Shown here: positions 26,990-36,820 of the stretch, one piece after another
How the letters are laid out: every line of letters begins with the position of its first letter
Position numbering within the stretch: the first letter of the stretch is position 1
Virus record (IMG/VR): IMGVR_UViG_3300027969_002881
Location: 1 to 64,000 of that record
Source of the DNA: a virus
Length of the DNA stretch: 64,000 nucleotides
Reading direction: 5' to 3' (one strand)
Notes under the pieces: model-generated
Seen by the model: the letters and a program-made list of their open reading frames with translations, nothing else
What the model was told of the DNA's origin: nothing
Databases searched by the model: none
Position numbers and translations under genes: made by a program

Positions 26990-27155
26990 ATTTTTAAGTT
27001 GGTTTGAGCGTAATCGCAAATCCATTGGCTATGTAATCGGTGGCGTCAATTTAGGATCTGGCGTTGGACATATTATTAATGGCGATATTGCCAATGGTGT
27101 GGTATATGTTATATTAGGATTGGTACTAGTTTTAGATACAAGGATGTTCAAATGA
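26982..27155 (+). CDS. Small membrane protein
   Basis: Two hydrophobic segments. Confidence 0.55.
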   Translation: MSKFLSWFERNRKSIGYVIGGVNLGSGVGHIINGDIANGVVYVILGLVLVLDTRMFK

Positions 27156-27658
27156 GTAAAGTATATCTAATTAAGCCTCTACACAAGAAAAGTGTAGTAT
27201 GGCACGTAGAAATGTTTCGCGAAAATGCCGATGGTAGTATTAGCTGGTTTAACATTGACGAAACATATCGTTGGGGACAGGGCTTTATCGAAGAAGATCT
27301 AGACTGTAATCTTCCTTGGCAAGGTGACAATGTTGCTTACGCTCGAGCAGATGTAGGCTGGGGTTGCGAATTCGATGATAGTTGCAGTGTTGAATGGGAA
27401 TTCAGCGATGACATTCCAGAATTAGAACAACAAGAACTCAAAGAAGCATACTACGAAGGTGGTGCAGGTTGGTTGTATGATGGTGAACATGATTGGCAGG
27501 AAGAAGATTGTGCGGTACACATCATTGCACCATATCAAGTTGATTTGTGTGAAGAAGATGGTACGGTCATTGAAGAAAATATTAAACTTAAATCGCGGCC
27601 GGTAACAAGCAATGAATGGCCGTTTGTATTTCCAAAAGACAGCGAACAAGGAGGCTAA
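27152..27658 (+). CDS. Acidic hypothetical protein
   Basis: ORF from the track, ATGA-coupled. Confidence 0.7.
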   Translation: MSKVYLIKPLHKKSVVWHVEMFRENADGSISWFNIDETYRWGQGFIEEDLDCNLPWQGDNVAYARADVGWGCEFDDSCSVEWEFSDDIPELEQQELKEAYYEGGAGWLYDGEHDWQEEDCAVHIIAPYQVDLCEEDGTVIEENIKLKSRPVTSNEWPFVFPKDSEQGG

Positions 27659-27659
27659 T

Positions 27660-27902
27660 ATGGCAACACGCAAAAAGAAATCAGATCTTATAGGTAATTC
27701 AAAAATTATACTATCAGAAACTAAAATAGTTAAAGAAAGTCATTTAACAATTACATACAATAATGGTTATCCTGAAAAATTAGAATGGGATGACGAGGCG
27801 TTGTTACGGGACGTTAGACTTGCTATTCTGACAGCAGAAAGTAAGATACCCGTAAGTGAAGAATCAAAAGAAAGATGGACGCAAGAAGCAGGCGGCCTAT
27901 AA
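27660..27902 (+). CDS. Hypothetical protein
   Basis: Start at ATG 27660 after AAGGAGG. Confidence 0.65.
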   Translation: MATRKKKSDLIGNSKIILSETKIVKESHLTITYNNGYPEKLEWDDEALLRDVRLAILTAESKIPVSEESKERWTQEAGGL

Positions 27903-27909
27903 AATATAA

Positions 27910-28149
27910 ATGGGCAAGTCGCAACAACTGATATCTCTTAACTTTTGGGAATCCAAACAGTTAGAATATTGGATAGAAGATAATTTTCCAGATTGTCGAG
28001 TTCGTTGTCTTTACGATACTTGGAGTGATCCGGAGCAAAAAGAATGGTATGCCATAGAAGGTAATATTACACTTGACATGGAACTACTTCTGAAGTTAAA
28101 ATATGGTAATAAATTAAAAGGCTCTAACGCAGGAATAAGATATGGATAA
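27910..28149 (+). CDS. Hypothetical protein
   Basis: ORF from the track. Confidence 0.6.
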   Translation: MGKSQQLISLNFWESKQLEYWIEDNFPDCRVRCLYDTWSDPEQKEWYAIEGNITLDMELLLKLKYGNKLKGSNAGIRYG

Positions 28150-29002
28150 AATTAAAGTAAGTGAAATCTTTTATAGCGCACAAGGAGAAGGTCGATTTAT
28201 TGGCGTACCTAGTGTGTTCTTTCGAACATTTGGTTGTAACTTTAAATGTGGCGGTTTTGGCCTGCCCACAGGAGAAAAGACTACTGAGCCTGATGACATA
28301 GGCGCTAAAGTTCACTTGTATAAAACATTTATGGATCTGCCACTAGCACAAACTGGTTGTGATAGTTATGCTAGTTGGCATCCTGCATTTAAGCATCTAA
28401 GTCCTTATTATAGCATTGATGAAGCTATCGACGAGATGTTAAAGCTAACTCCCAACCATGCTTGGAAACAGGACAATGGCAATGACGTACATCTTGTCAT
28501 TACAGGCGGTGAGCCTTTACTAGGATGGCAACAACTATATCCAGATTTGCTAAGTGAAAACAAGATGCGCGATCTCGAAAACTTAACCTTTGAGACAAAC
28601 GGCACTCAACACTTGCATGAAGACTTTAAACGTTTCTTAACAAACGACTATCACTTGCGTAAAGATCAAATTACATTTAGTGTTAGCCCTAAGCTAAGTG
28701 CCAGCGGAGAATCTTGGAAAGACGCCGTCTGTCCAGAAGTAGTAGTAGAATATCAAACACGAGGTTTTACATATTTAAAGTTTGTTGTTGACAAGTTAGA
28801 GGACTTCAAAGAAGTAGATGCCGCAACAGCAGAATACAGAGAAGCAGGATTTAAAGGTCCTGCGTTTGTCATGCCTGTAGGTGGCACTGATGCCGCATAC
28901 TTTGCTAACAGTAAACACATTGCTGACATTGCTTTAGAACGAGGTTATCGATATAGTCCTAGACTACATGTAGACATTTGGAGTAATGGGTGGGGTAAGT
29001 AA
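28142..29002 (+). CDS. queE: 7-carboxy-7-deazaguanine synthase (radical SAM), with an insertion in the cluster motif
   Basis: SEIFYSAQGEG, FFRTFGCNFKC-x36-CDS, VITGGEP, FETNGT, SVSPKL, RLHVDIW. Confidence 0.88.
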   Translation: MDKIKVSEIFYSAQGEGRFIGVPSVFFRTFGCNFKCGGFGLPTGEKTTEPDDIGAKVHLYKTFMDLPLAQTGCDSYASWHPAFKHLSPYYSIDEAIDEMLKLTPNHAWKQDNGNDVHLVITGGEPLLGWQQLYPDLLSENKMRDLENLTFETNGTQHLHEDFKRFLTNDYHLRKDQITFSVSPKLSASGESWKDAVCPEVVVEYQTRGFTYLKFVVDKLEDFKEVDAATAEYREAGFKGPAFVMPVGGTDAAYFANSKHIADIALERGYRYSPRLHVDIWSNGWGK

Positions 29003-29376
29003 TGTTTGGAACAGGATATACCGGAGGAGATCCAATGAAAGCACAAACACCTGCAAAAGGTATAATGTTTGATGCAGATTATGGCAATAGTAAAACGTAC
29101 ACCATTGCCTGCGATTGTCAAGATGGTGATCATCAAGTTCATATGTGGATTGAACTGAACGGAGATAAAGATACACAGGACATTGAAATGACATTCTATG
29201 TAAATACTACCACGCCCTTCTGGAAAGAAGGATTTAGTCGTGTTAAGGCCGCATGGGATATTTTAGTACATGGCTATAGAGAAGATCAGCATTCATTGAT
29301 CTTAAACAAACAAGCGGCATTGAATGTCGCTAGTACAATTACAACTGTAATAGAAGAATTAGAAGGAATTAAATGA
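29002..29376 (+). CDS. Hypothetical protein
   Basis: Contains CDC...H, possibly metal-binding. Confidence 0.65.
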   Translation: MFGTGYTGGDPMKAQTPAKGIMFDADYGNSKTYTIACDCQDGDHQVHMWIELNGDKDTQDIEMTFYVNTTTPFWKEGFSRVKAAWDILVHGYREDQHSLILNKQAALNVASTITTVIEELEGIK

Positions 29377-30473
29377 GTTATTTGTTTACCAGTGAGAGTG
29401 TGTCGGAAGGACACCCAGATAAAGTTGCTGATGCTATCAGTGATGCCGTATTAGATTTAGTTATGGCGCAACAAAATCCTTCACTTAGATGTGCTTGTGA
29501 AACTCTTGTTACAACTAATAGAGTTGTTGTTGCAGGCGAGTACAAAGGTGTTTTGCCTCCGGAAGAAGTAGAAGTTGCTATTCGAAAAGTTATCAAAGAC
29601 ATTGGCTACGAGCAAAGTGGGTTTGATTGGCGTACTGCGGAAATTACAAACTTACTTCACGGGCAAAGTGCTGATATTGCTTTAGGCACAGATAACTTCG
29701 GCGCCGGGGATCAAGGCTTGATGTTTGGCTATGCGTGTAATGAAACTGACACCTACATGCCTAGTGCAATTTATTGGAGCCATCGCATTGTAGAAGAGCT
29801 TACTCGTCTACGAAAAAATGGTATGATGGAATGGCTCGGCCCAGACGCTAAGAGTCAGGTTACATTTGAATACAATGATGATGGCTCACCTAGACGTATT
29901 GCCAAGATTGTATGTAGTACACAGCATAGAGAAAGCGTTAGTCTTGGCGATATTAGGACTAGTGTCAAAGATGTTATTAAAAATATTTTACCCGGTAAGT
30001 ATGTTGATGACAATACTGAGTTTTATATTAATCCTACTGGCAGGTTTGTTATTGGTGGCCCTGATGGTGATACAGGTCTCACCGGTCGTAAGATTATTGT
30101 TGATACTTATGGTGGGTATAGCCCTCATGGGGGCGGGGCTTTCTCAGGGAAAGATCCCACAAAGGTGGACCGTAGCGCCGCTTACTTAACTCGCTACTTG
30201 GCTAAGAACATTGTAGCAAGTGGCAAGGCGCCCTGGGCCACATGTCAAATTAGCTATGCTATTGGTATGGCGCAACCAATGAGTTTTTATATTGAAACAG
30301 CTGATACAAAACAAAGTCGTGAATTGACTAAATGGGTTCAAGAAAACGTTGATTTAACACCAAAAGGTATTATTGATCGTTTTAACTTATTTAGGCCTAT
30401 ATATAACTTAACAACTAATTATGGACACTTTGGTAAAGCATATTTGCCATGGGAAGAAGTGGACTTATTTTAA
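29373..30473 (+). CDS. metK: S-adenosylmethionine synthetase
   Basis: [47 protein letters not shown]. Confidence 0.97.
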   Translation: MSYLFTSESVSEGHPDKVADAISDAVLDLVMAQQNPSLRCACETLVTTNRVVVAGEYKGVLPPEEVEVAIRKVIKDIGYEQSGFDWRTAEITNLLHGQSADIALGTDNFGAGDQGLMFGYACNETDTYMPSAIYWSHRIVEELTRLRKNGMMEWLGPDAKSQVTFEYNDDGSPRRIAKIVCSTQHRESVSLGDIRTSVKDVIKNILPGKYVDDNTEFYINPTGRFVIGGPDGDTGLTGRKIIVDTYGGYSPHGGGAFSGKDPTKVDRSAAYLTRYLAKNIVASGKAPWATCQISYAIGMAQPMSFYIETADTKQSRELTKWVQENVDLTPKGIIDRFNLFRPIYNLTTNYGHFGKAYLPWEEVDLF

Positions 30474-30802
30474 TGTTAAACAAATTAAAAAACCTATTTG
30501 CTAAAAAAGAAGTACCAGGTAAGAACTGGAAAGAAAGCAAAGAACCACAAGTCCGAGTAATCAATACAGACTTTGATGAAAACAATCCAAGACAGGGGTT
30601 TATGGAATTGGAATGGAATCCAGCTTTCATTACTTTCCTTAAAGAGCACAACTACCAAGGTACCAATGAAGAAGAAATCGTCGACAAGTGGTTTACCGAT
30701 TTGTGTAAAAATATTGGACAACAATTAGATGAAGAATCCAAATTTGTAGCCGATGCTGACGTTTTACCAAAGAAGCGTAAAAAAGTTGACAAAAACGTTT
30801 AA
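30473..30802 (+). CDS. Hypothetical protein
   Basis: TAATG-coupled to metK. Confidence 0.7.
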   Translation: MLNKLKNLFAKKEVPGKNWKESKEPQVRVINTDFDENNPRQGFMELEWNPAFITFLKEHNYQGTNEEEIVDKWFTDLCKNIGQQLDEESKFVADADVLPKKRKKVDKNV

Positions 30803-30814
30803 AGAAGGTATAAT
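30786..30814 (+). promoter_or_regulatory. sigma70-type promoter
   Basis: TTGACA-17-TATAAT. Confidence 0.75.
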
Positions 30815-30817
30815 AGC

Positions 30818-31027
30818 ATGTCTTCTAAAAACTTAGCTTTTAAGGTTAATTGGGTCGGTGACAGCCATATTGTTGTTGCGCTCAAAAAACAAGAAGAAGA
30901 TAATTGGAAAGAGTTCTTAATGACAGTTAGAGAATACGCAGAGTTTATGTCTCTTATGCAAGAGTTTAATCTGGCTTTCAAAGAACAACTTGATCAGAAA
31001 ATTATTGAATCTTACTTTAATGAATAA
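30818..31027 (+). CDS. Hypothetical protein
   Basis: ORF directly after the promoter. Confidence 0.6.
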   Translation: MSSKNLAFKVNWVGDSHIVVALKKQEEDNWKEFLMTVREYAEFMSLMQEFNLAFKEQLDQKIIESYFNE

Positions 31028-32009
31028 AACTTACTTACTTGTGGATGCCGCTAATATGTTCTTTCGTGCTCGTCACGTTGTTCGCGGCGAGGATGCAGAA
31101 ACTAAAGCAGGTATGGCTTACCATATTATGTTTAACAGTATTAACAAAGTATGGCGTGACTTTAAAGGCAGTCATGTTGTGATCTGCCTCGAGGGCCGCT
31201 CGTGGCGCAAGGATATCTACGAAGGTTATAAACGTAATCGTACTGAAGCTCGTGCGGCTTTGAGTCCAAAAGAACAAGAAGAAGACCAAATGTTTTGGAA
31301 GGCATTCGATGACCTTAAAGATTTTTTTGAAGCCAAAAGTAATTGTACAGTACTTCAGCATCCTCGCTGTGAAGCCGACGACTTTATTGCTCGTTGGACA
31401 CAAGTACATCCGGATGATACCCATGTTATTGTCAGCAGTGACAGTGACTTTTACCAATTGCTTGCACCAAATGTAAAGCAGTTCAATGGTATTACTAAAC
31501 AGTTGATCACAGTTGATGGCATCTTCGACGAAAAAGGTAAACGAGTAAAAGATAAGAAAACCAAAGAGGATCTTCCTCCTCCCGATCCGCAATGGTTATT
31601 GTTTGAGAAATGTATGCGCGGTGATACATCTGACAATGTCTTTTCGGCATATCCAGGTGTACGTGAAAAAGGTACAAAGAACAAAGTCGGTCTTCGAGAA
31701 GCATTTGCAGATAGAGATACCAAAGGCTATAATTGGAACAACATGATGCTACAGCGTTGGGTAGACCACGAAGGCGTCGAGCACAGAGTTCGTGACAAAT
31801 ATCTATTCAATAAACAACTGATCGACTTGACAGAACAGCCAGAAGACATTAAAATAGCATTAGATGAAACAATTGCCACTGTGTCAGGAAAGGCTCCTGT
31901 TAAACAAGTAGGAATGCATTTTGTTAAATTTTGCGGTAAATGGAATCTTATCAATATCGCAGACAGAATGGCAGAACACGGCGAGTATCTAGGAGCAACA
32001 TATAAATGA
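31020..32009 (+). CDS. rnh: T4 RNase H-like 5'-3' exonuclease (FEN family)
   Basis: LLVDAAN, EADDFIA, SSDSDFYQL, GDTSDNV. Confidence 0.9.
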   Translation: MNKTYLLVDAANMFFRARHVVRGEDAETKAGMAYHIMFNSINKVWRDFKGSHVVICLEGRSWRKDIYEGYKRNRTEARAALSPKEQEEDQMFWKAFDDLKDFFEAKSNCTVLQHPRCEADDFIARWTQVHPDDTHVIVSSDSDFYQLLAPNVKQFNGITKQLITVDGIFDEKGKRVKDKKTKEDLPPPDPQWLLFEKCMRGDTSDNVFSAYPGVREKGTKNKVGLREAFADRDTKGYNWNNMMLQRWVDHEGVEHRVRDKYLFNKQLIDLTEQPEDIKIALDETIATVSGKAPVKQVGMHFVKFCGKWNLINIADRMAEHGEYLGATYK

Positions 32010-32470
32010 TTTTAGCTAAAAGTATTATTAAAGATAAATTTTGGATTCTTGAAGAGAATGCCAAACGGGTTGGTATGATGAACTTTAAGGATGATAACTA
32101 TACTATCAATCTTAAACGTAGAGATTTTGTTGTTCGTAATACTACTGAACTTAAAAATCTTGGCATCGAATTTGTTGTTCGTGATTTAACACAAGGCGGC
32201 AATATTGAAGTAATGGGTTATCCTACTGATCAAGAAGAAGTCTTTAACATCAAAGAAATGGACGGATATCCTACATTTACTAAAAAATCCACAAGTAAAA
32301 GTACTCATGTGGCAGGATGGTATGGATTGAAGTTCAAAAATGGGTGGGTTGCTAGCCTATGCCCTAGATTTACTACTATCAAAACCAATGTATTTGTGGG
32401 TCCTTACAAGACCAAGATGGATCTTAAAGTAGTTCTAAGCCAACAAAAAGAAACTATATTAGAAGATTAA
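32006..32470 (+). CDS. Hypothetical protein
   Basis: ATGA-coupled to rnh. Confidence 0.7.
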   Translation: MILAKSIIKDKFWILEENAKRVGMMNFKDDNYTINLKRRDFVVRNTTELKNLGIEFVVRDLTQGGNIEVMGYPTDQEEVFNIKEMDGYPTFTKKSTSKSTHVAGWYGLKFKNGWVASLCPRFTTIKTNVFVGPYKTKMDLKVVLSQQKETILED

Positions 32471-32493
32471 GTTAGCATTTAATCTGTTTCTCT

Positions 32494-32501
32494 GATAAAT
32501 A
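32494..32501 (+). promoter_or_regulatory. T4-like late promoter candidate (GATAAATA)
   Basis: Intergenic, followed by SD AGGAG. Confidence 0.55.
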
Positions 32502-32520
32502 ATAGTAGGAGAAACAGATA

Positions 32521-32838
32521 ATGGCTAGACCGAAACCTACTATACTTTTAACATATACAGATCCAACAAGTTACAAAAGCGAAGAGATTTTAGAAGCTGA
32601 AGCCATCTATGCTGTTTTCTTTCAAGGTAAACCGTTTAATCTTAGAACACACTTGAACAGTTTACAAGACTATCCGGGTCCAAAATATAAAAAAGTAAGT
32701 TTTAGCAATTCAGGTCATGCGTTTAATCTAATGGAAAAGATGAATAAACTTTTTAAATGTAATGATTTTACTGTAGTGGAACTTTTACAAGGCGCCGAGG
32801 TCAATGAATATGACCTTATCAAAAGAGCAGATAAGTAA
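32521..32838 (+). CDS. Hypothetical protein (MARPKP...)
   Basis: ORF with a good SD. Confidence 0.75.
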   Translation: MARPKPTILLTYTDPTSYKSEEILEAEAIYAVFFQGKPFNLRTHLNSLQDYPGPKYKKVSFSNSGHAFNLMEKMNKLFKCNDFTVVELLQGAEVNEYDLIKRADK

Positions 32839-33145
32839 ACTGGTTTTTGGTGAGATACAAAAATCAGTTGATACGCCATTGACCTTTTTTAGGGTTTATA
32901 AAAATAGCAAGGGAACAAGATTTACTGGCTTGGGTTTTGATCTAGCTAGTTTTTTATGGAAAACCTATACAGTAAAGCTTCCACAAGATTATAAAATTGC
33001 CAACAAAACTCTGCTAATGCTGGACAGCAGAATGGAATGGCCCTACTATCTTAGTAAGAAAAAACTTATATTATTCAGCGAAATGGATGCTTTTGAATTT
33101 ACTTTATACTCAGGTGATATAAATTTATGGGCGCACAAAGAATGA
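32804..33145 (+). CDS. Hypothetical protein
   Basis: ORF from the track. Confidence 0.65.
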   Translation: MNMTLSKEQISKLVFGEIQKSVDTPLTFFRVYKNSKGTRFTGLGFDLASFLWKTYTVKLPQDYKIANKTLLMLDSRMEWPYYLSKKKLILFSEMDAFEFTLYSGDINLWAHKE

Positions 33146-34305
33146 ATGCCAATGGATATTATTCAGTCAATGGTATAGAATTTGACAACAAAATTACTGC
33201 ACTGATTCGTGCTTCAGAATTAAACACTGAAGTTAAATGGCATTACTTTGATAATGTATTTGAAACTGCGAAAAACAATAATTTATTAGTAGATACTAAC
33301 TTAGAAGAATTATACAAAATAAGAGCACAACAACTTAGAGACAGCTATGATTATCTTATTTTAAATTATAGCGGAGGCAGCGATAGTCATAATATATTAC
33401 ATGTGTTTTTAAAGAACAATATCAAATTAGATTGTATCTATATACAATGGCCCGAGCGGCTGATGGACAAAGGTCTGTTCAATGTTAACACCAACGACAA
33501 ATCTACATTTAACTTTCACAGTGAATGGGAACTAGTATTAAAGAAAGACCTAGAGTGGCTAGCACAATCACACCCAGAAATAAAGATAGAACTATTTGAT
33601 TGGCTGGACTGTGTCGACGAAAACTTTTATACTGATAAAATATTTGAACAGAATGTTAGTAACTTGCCCAGCATGGCAAGAAGTATCAAGCAAAATAATT
33701 ACAGTAAAACCGAAACAGAACTAGCTGGCAAGGGTAAACGAGTTGCCAGTATATTTGGTATAGACAAACCTAATATTGTAAAGCATCAAGGTAAGTGGCA
33801 TTACTTTTTCGCAGACACAGCATTCATGGCACAAGCGAATCCTGGAAATCCCCATGGGCTGGAATATTTTTATAATACTCCTGCATTTCCTGAATTAACA
33901 ACAATACAATGTAAGAAACTAGCCAAGTGGTATGATTCAAATCCCAGTCATTTGTATTTGGTTAAATCACGCACAGACAGAATCGCAGAAAATCCTGCTG
34001 TAGCAAATTTCACGCACAGGCAGAACATGGATGAGTACCATCAAATGGCAGAAATTGCCAAACTTGTGTGTTACCCTTACTGGGACTTTACTAGATTTCA
34101 AGCAGAAAAGCCGTTTAGTGTCTTGGATAACTTACAACTAGGTGTACGAGCCTGGGATAACATTTTACATGCTTTGCCAAAATTTAAAAGAGCACAACAA
34201 GCATGGGAATATCATTGGACCAGCTATTTAAATAATATAGACATTGCAAAGATGCGAAGCAAAGATACGGTACCCGTAATAAGATCAAAATATTATAAGT
34301 TATAA
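33127..34305 (+). CDS. PP-loop (N-type ATP pyrophosphatase) protein
   Basis: YDYLILNYSGGSDS; N-terminus aligns with 36817..38055. Confidence 0.7.
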   Translation: MGAQRMNANGYYSVNGIEFDNKITALIRASELNTEVKWHYFDNVFETAKNNNLLVDTNLEELYKIRAQQLRDSYDYLILNYSGGSDSHNILHVFLKNNIKLDCIYIQWPERLMDKGLFNVNTNDKSTFNFHSEWELVLKKDLEWLAQSHPEIKIELFDWLDCVDENFYTDKIFEQNVSNLPSMARSIKQNNYSKTETELAGKGKRVASIFGIDKPNIVKHQGKWHYFFADTAFMAQANPGNPHGLEYFYNTPAFPELTTIQCKKLAKWYDSNPSHLYLVKSRTDRIAENPAVANFTHRQNMDEYHQMAEIAKLVCYPYWDFTRFQAEKPFSVLDNLQLGVRAWDNILHALPKFKRAQQAWEYHWTSYLNNIDIAKMRSKDTVPVIRSKYYKL

Positions 34306-34306
34306 C

Positions 34307-35494
34307 ATGGAACTTTTTAATCCACATTCCAATGATTGGTTGAAAAATAAATTTTCAATTTATAATGATCTCCGTAGTCGCGATACCGCGTATTGGAGCG
34401 ATACCTACAACATGTATATTATAACCAGATATGACGATGTTGTATTTGCGTTACATAATCCTGAAATTTTTTCGTCAGCCTATGGTAATCTTATTGTAGA
34501 GGATTCTCGAAGGTTTAATACAACGCTGGGTGCCAGTGATAATCCCACACATGATTTTCTAAAGAATATTGTAAGAAACGCTTATAGTAAAGACAACATG
34601 GATAGGATTACCTCATGCTTCTCTTATCATGCACGTCGATTATTATCGGATAAAGATAATCTAAATCTGTCAGATGTAATATCAGAGTTAAGTGCATGGT
34701 GTGTTGCAGAAATAATAAATTTTCCCTATGACAAAAAAGAAGTAGTGGATTTAATTATTGATATACAAAAGAAATCTAGTTTAGCAACAAACACTGATAT
34801 CGATGATAGTTCATATAAAAAATTTAGGCACATTTTAAAGAAACTATGGGTTTCTAAGACAGAGCCACATGGGCCGGGAATTTATAATGAGTTTTATTAC
34901 AATGATTCCATGGACCTTGATCCCGATGAACAGCACCCTAGATCTTCGTTGTTCATAGGACCTATAATCTCAGGAGCAAGTTCACTGGCTGGTGGATTAC
35001 AGTTTCTTACTTTAGATTTGTGTAGAAGCGGTAAATTACATAATTTATTAAATGACAAGTCACTAATACATTCTGCGGTAAATGAATCTTTGAGGTACAA
35101 TGCAAGTACAGGTAGGTTTAGTAGAACCGTTAATTCAGAGGTAGAATTACATGGCGTCAAATTAATGGCTGGCGACCGAGTTGCATTATGCCTGGATTCT
35201 GCCAATAGGGATCCTAGTGCTTTTACAAATCCAGATGTTTTTGATTTAGGTCGCCAGGGATCTAAATCCCTAGCTTTTGGGCACGGTATGCATGCCTGTA
35301 TTGCATTATCAATATCTAAAAACATTATGTCAACTTGGCTGGAATTGTTGTTTGATATATTTGGCAATTACCGCATAACGACATTGGACTCCGAGCTAGA
35401 ATATCTAATGACAGCATCCGGAAACAACGATTTGTTAACTAACCTACACCTAGAAAAGACGCAGAATATCACGAATAGTAATTCCTCAGCATAA
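34307..35494 (+). CDS. Cytochrome P450
   Basis: ESLR (ExxR), SANRDPSAF.NPD.FD, heme motif FGHGMHAC. Confidence 0.9.
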   Translation: MELFNPHSNDWLKNKFSIYNDLRSRDTAYWSDTYNMYIITRYDDVVFALHNPEIFSSAYGNLIVEDSRRFNTTLGASDNPTHDFLKNIVRNAYSKDNMDRITSCFSYHARRLLSDKDNLNLSDVISELSAWCVAEIINFPYDKKEVVDLIIDIQKKSSLATNTDIDDSSYKKFRHILKKLWVSKTEPHGPGIYNEFYYNDSMDLDPDEQHPRSSLFIGPIISGASSLAGGLQFLTLDLCRSGKLHNLLNDKSLIHSAVNESLRYNASTGRFSRTVNSEVELHGVKLMAGDRVALCLDSANRDPSAFTNPDVFDLGRQGSKSLAFGHGMHACIALSISKNIMSTWLELLFDIFGNYRITTLDSELEYLMTASGNNDLLTNLHLEKTQNITNSNSSA

Positions 35495-35497
35495 ATA
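35490..35497 (+). promoter_or_regulatory. T4-like late promoter candidate (CATAAATA)
   Basis: Upstream of SD AAGGAG and ATG 35528. Confidence 0.5.
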
Positions 35498-35527
35498 TAT
35501 ATAGTAACTAACCCCTAAGGAGATTAT

Positions 35528-35845
35528 ATGTTTTTAGTAACTAGAACACAAGTCAGACCCAACACGTCTGTAGAATTTTTTGGTCAAGATAATTCTGCTA
35601 TAACGCCCGAAGCTATCGCCCATATGCGTGAGAATTATATCACTACCGGCAAACAAATTAATTCTGATCGAATTGTATCAGAAGATGGATTAACTTTGAC
35701 TGTCGCTACGATTTGGCAATCAGAGGAAGCATTTAACGACTATAGAAATGACCAATTCGTAGTAGACAATCTAATTAACGTTAGCAACGCTTATTGCCAA
35801 GCTAATGGTATTGCTTCTACATTAGTCGGCAAAGAACAATTATAA
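35528..35845 (+). CDS. Small protein, possibly dimeric alpha/beta-barrel (ABM-like)
   Basis: TIWQSEEAF-type motif; strong SD. Confidence 0.6.
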   Translation: MFLVTRTQVRPNTSVEFFGQDNSAITPEAIAHMRENYITTGKQINSDRIVSEDGLTLTVATIWQSEEAFNDYRNDQFVVDNLINVSNAYCQANGIASTLVGKEQL

Positions 35846-35860
35846 AATAATATTCCCGCA

Positions 35861-36820
35861 TTGTTTTCTGTATTTGATCAGCATCATATTTTTGTTGTGT
35901 TCAATCCTGGAAGTGGCGGGAATTTCCTTGCCGGAATCATTAACAACTTACTTAATTCAAATTTAACAGACTTAGATATATCCTCGACTGGCAGCAGTCA
36001 TACTGTATTGCGTGACAAATCAACTGGCACAGATTATCTATCATTTGGCACATTAATGGAGGAACATGACTCATTTAAGTCTGAAGAAGATCGTGAGCTG
36101 TTCTATCTAGAAAATATCAAGAAAACATATACATCGGAAAATAATAAACCCGAAGTTATATGGACACATGATTTTACAAACATTCCTCTTTACCGTAAAT
36201 ATTTTAAAAATTCTAAGATATTGGTTATTAACAATACATCACATGATGAACAGTTGACTGCACTGTTTATGTTGGCTAAGAAAACTCTTTTAGACAAAAA
36301 TTGCCTGTTGCCTATGTCAAGAGCCACATGGGAAATTGTCATGGAGAGATGGTCGATACATTGTATGAAGCAATTATTGCTGTTCAAGAACAGTGATGAT
36401 GCTATCAAAATGGTAAACGATCGTTTCAATGCTGAGTACAACAATGACCTACACTATGCAACTATAAGAATGATACTGGGCTTTTATGGCATGTTACACT
36501 TAGTAGAAGAAGTTCCAGCACAAAGAAGTGTATATGAATATGTTATATATCCTGCTACAAAAACAACAGGAAAAAGATTAGATCATTATGTCGACGATGA
36601 GTGTGTAATATTACCATACAACTATCTTTCCACTGGTGACTATGAGTTATTAGTTGAAAAGATATCTGCAACATTAGAACGACCACTGAACAGTGATGAG
36701 CTGGGTTACATTAGATCGTCTTTTGATAGGTATAGGTCGTGTCAAGATCAACTATTATTATCAAACCCCAAGAGTTACTATAAAAATTTAAGAGCCGCTG
36801 TATTAAATAAAGTACAATGA
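35861..36820 (+). CDS. P-loop / sulfotransferase-like protein
   Basis: N-terminal VFNPGSGGNFL resembles sulfotransferase PSB loops. Confidence 0.45.
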   Translation: MFSVFDQHHIFVVFNPGSGGNFLAGIINNLLNSNLTDLDISSTGSSHTVLRDKSTGTDYLSFGTLMEEHDSFKSEEDRELFYLENIKKTYTSENNKPEVIWTHDFTNIPLYRKYFKNSKILVINNTSHDEQLTALFMLAKKTLLDKNCLLPMSRATWEIVMERWSIHCMKQLLLFKNSDDAIKMVNDRFNAEYNNDLHYATIRMILGFYGMLHLVEEVPAQRSVYEYVIYPATKTTGKRLDHYVDDECVILPYNYLSTGDYELLVEKISATLERPLNSDELGYIRSSFDRYRSCQDQLLLSNPKSYYKNLRAAVLNKVQ

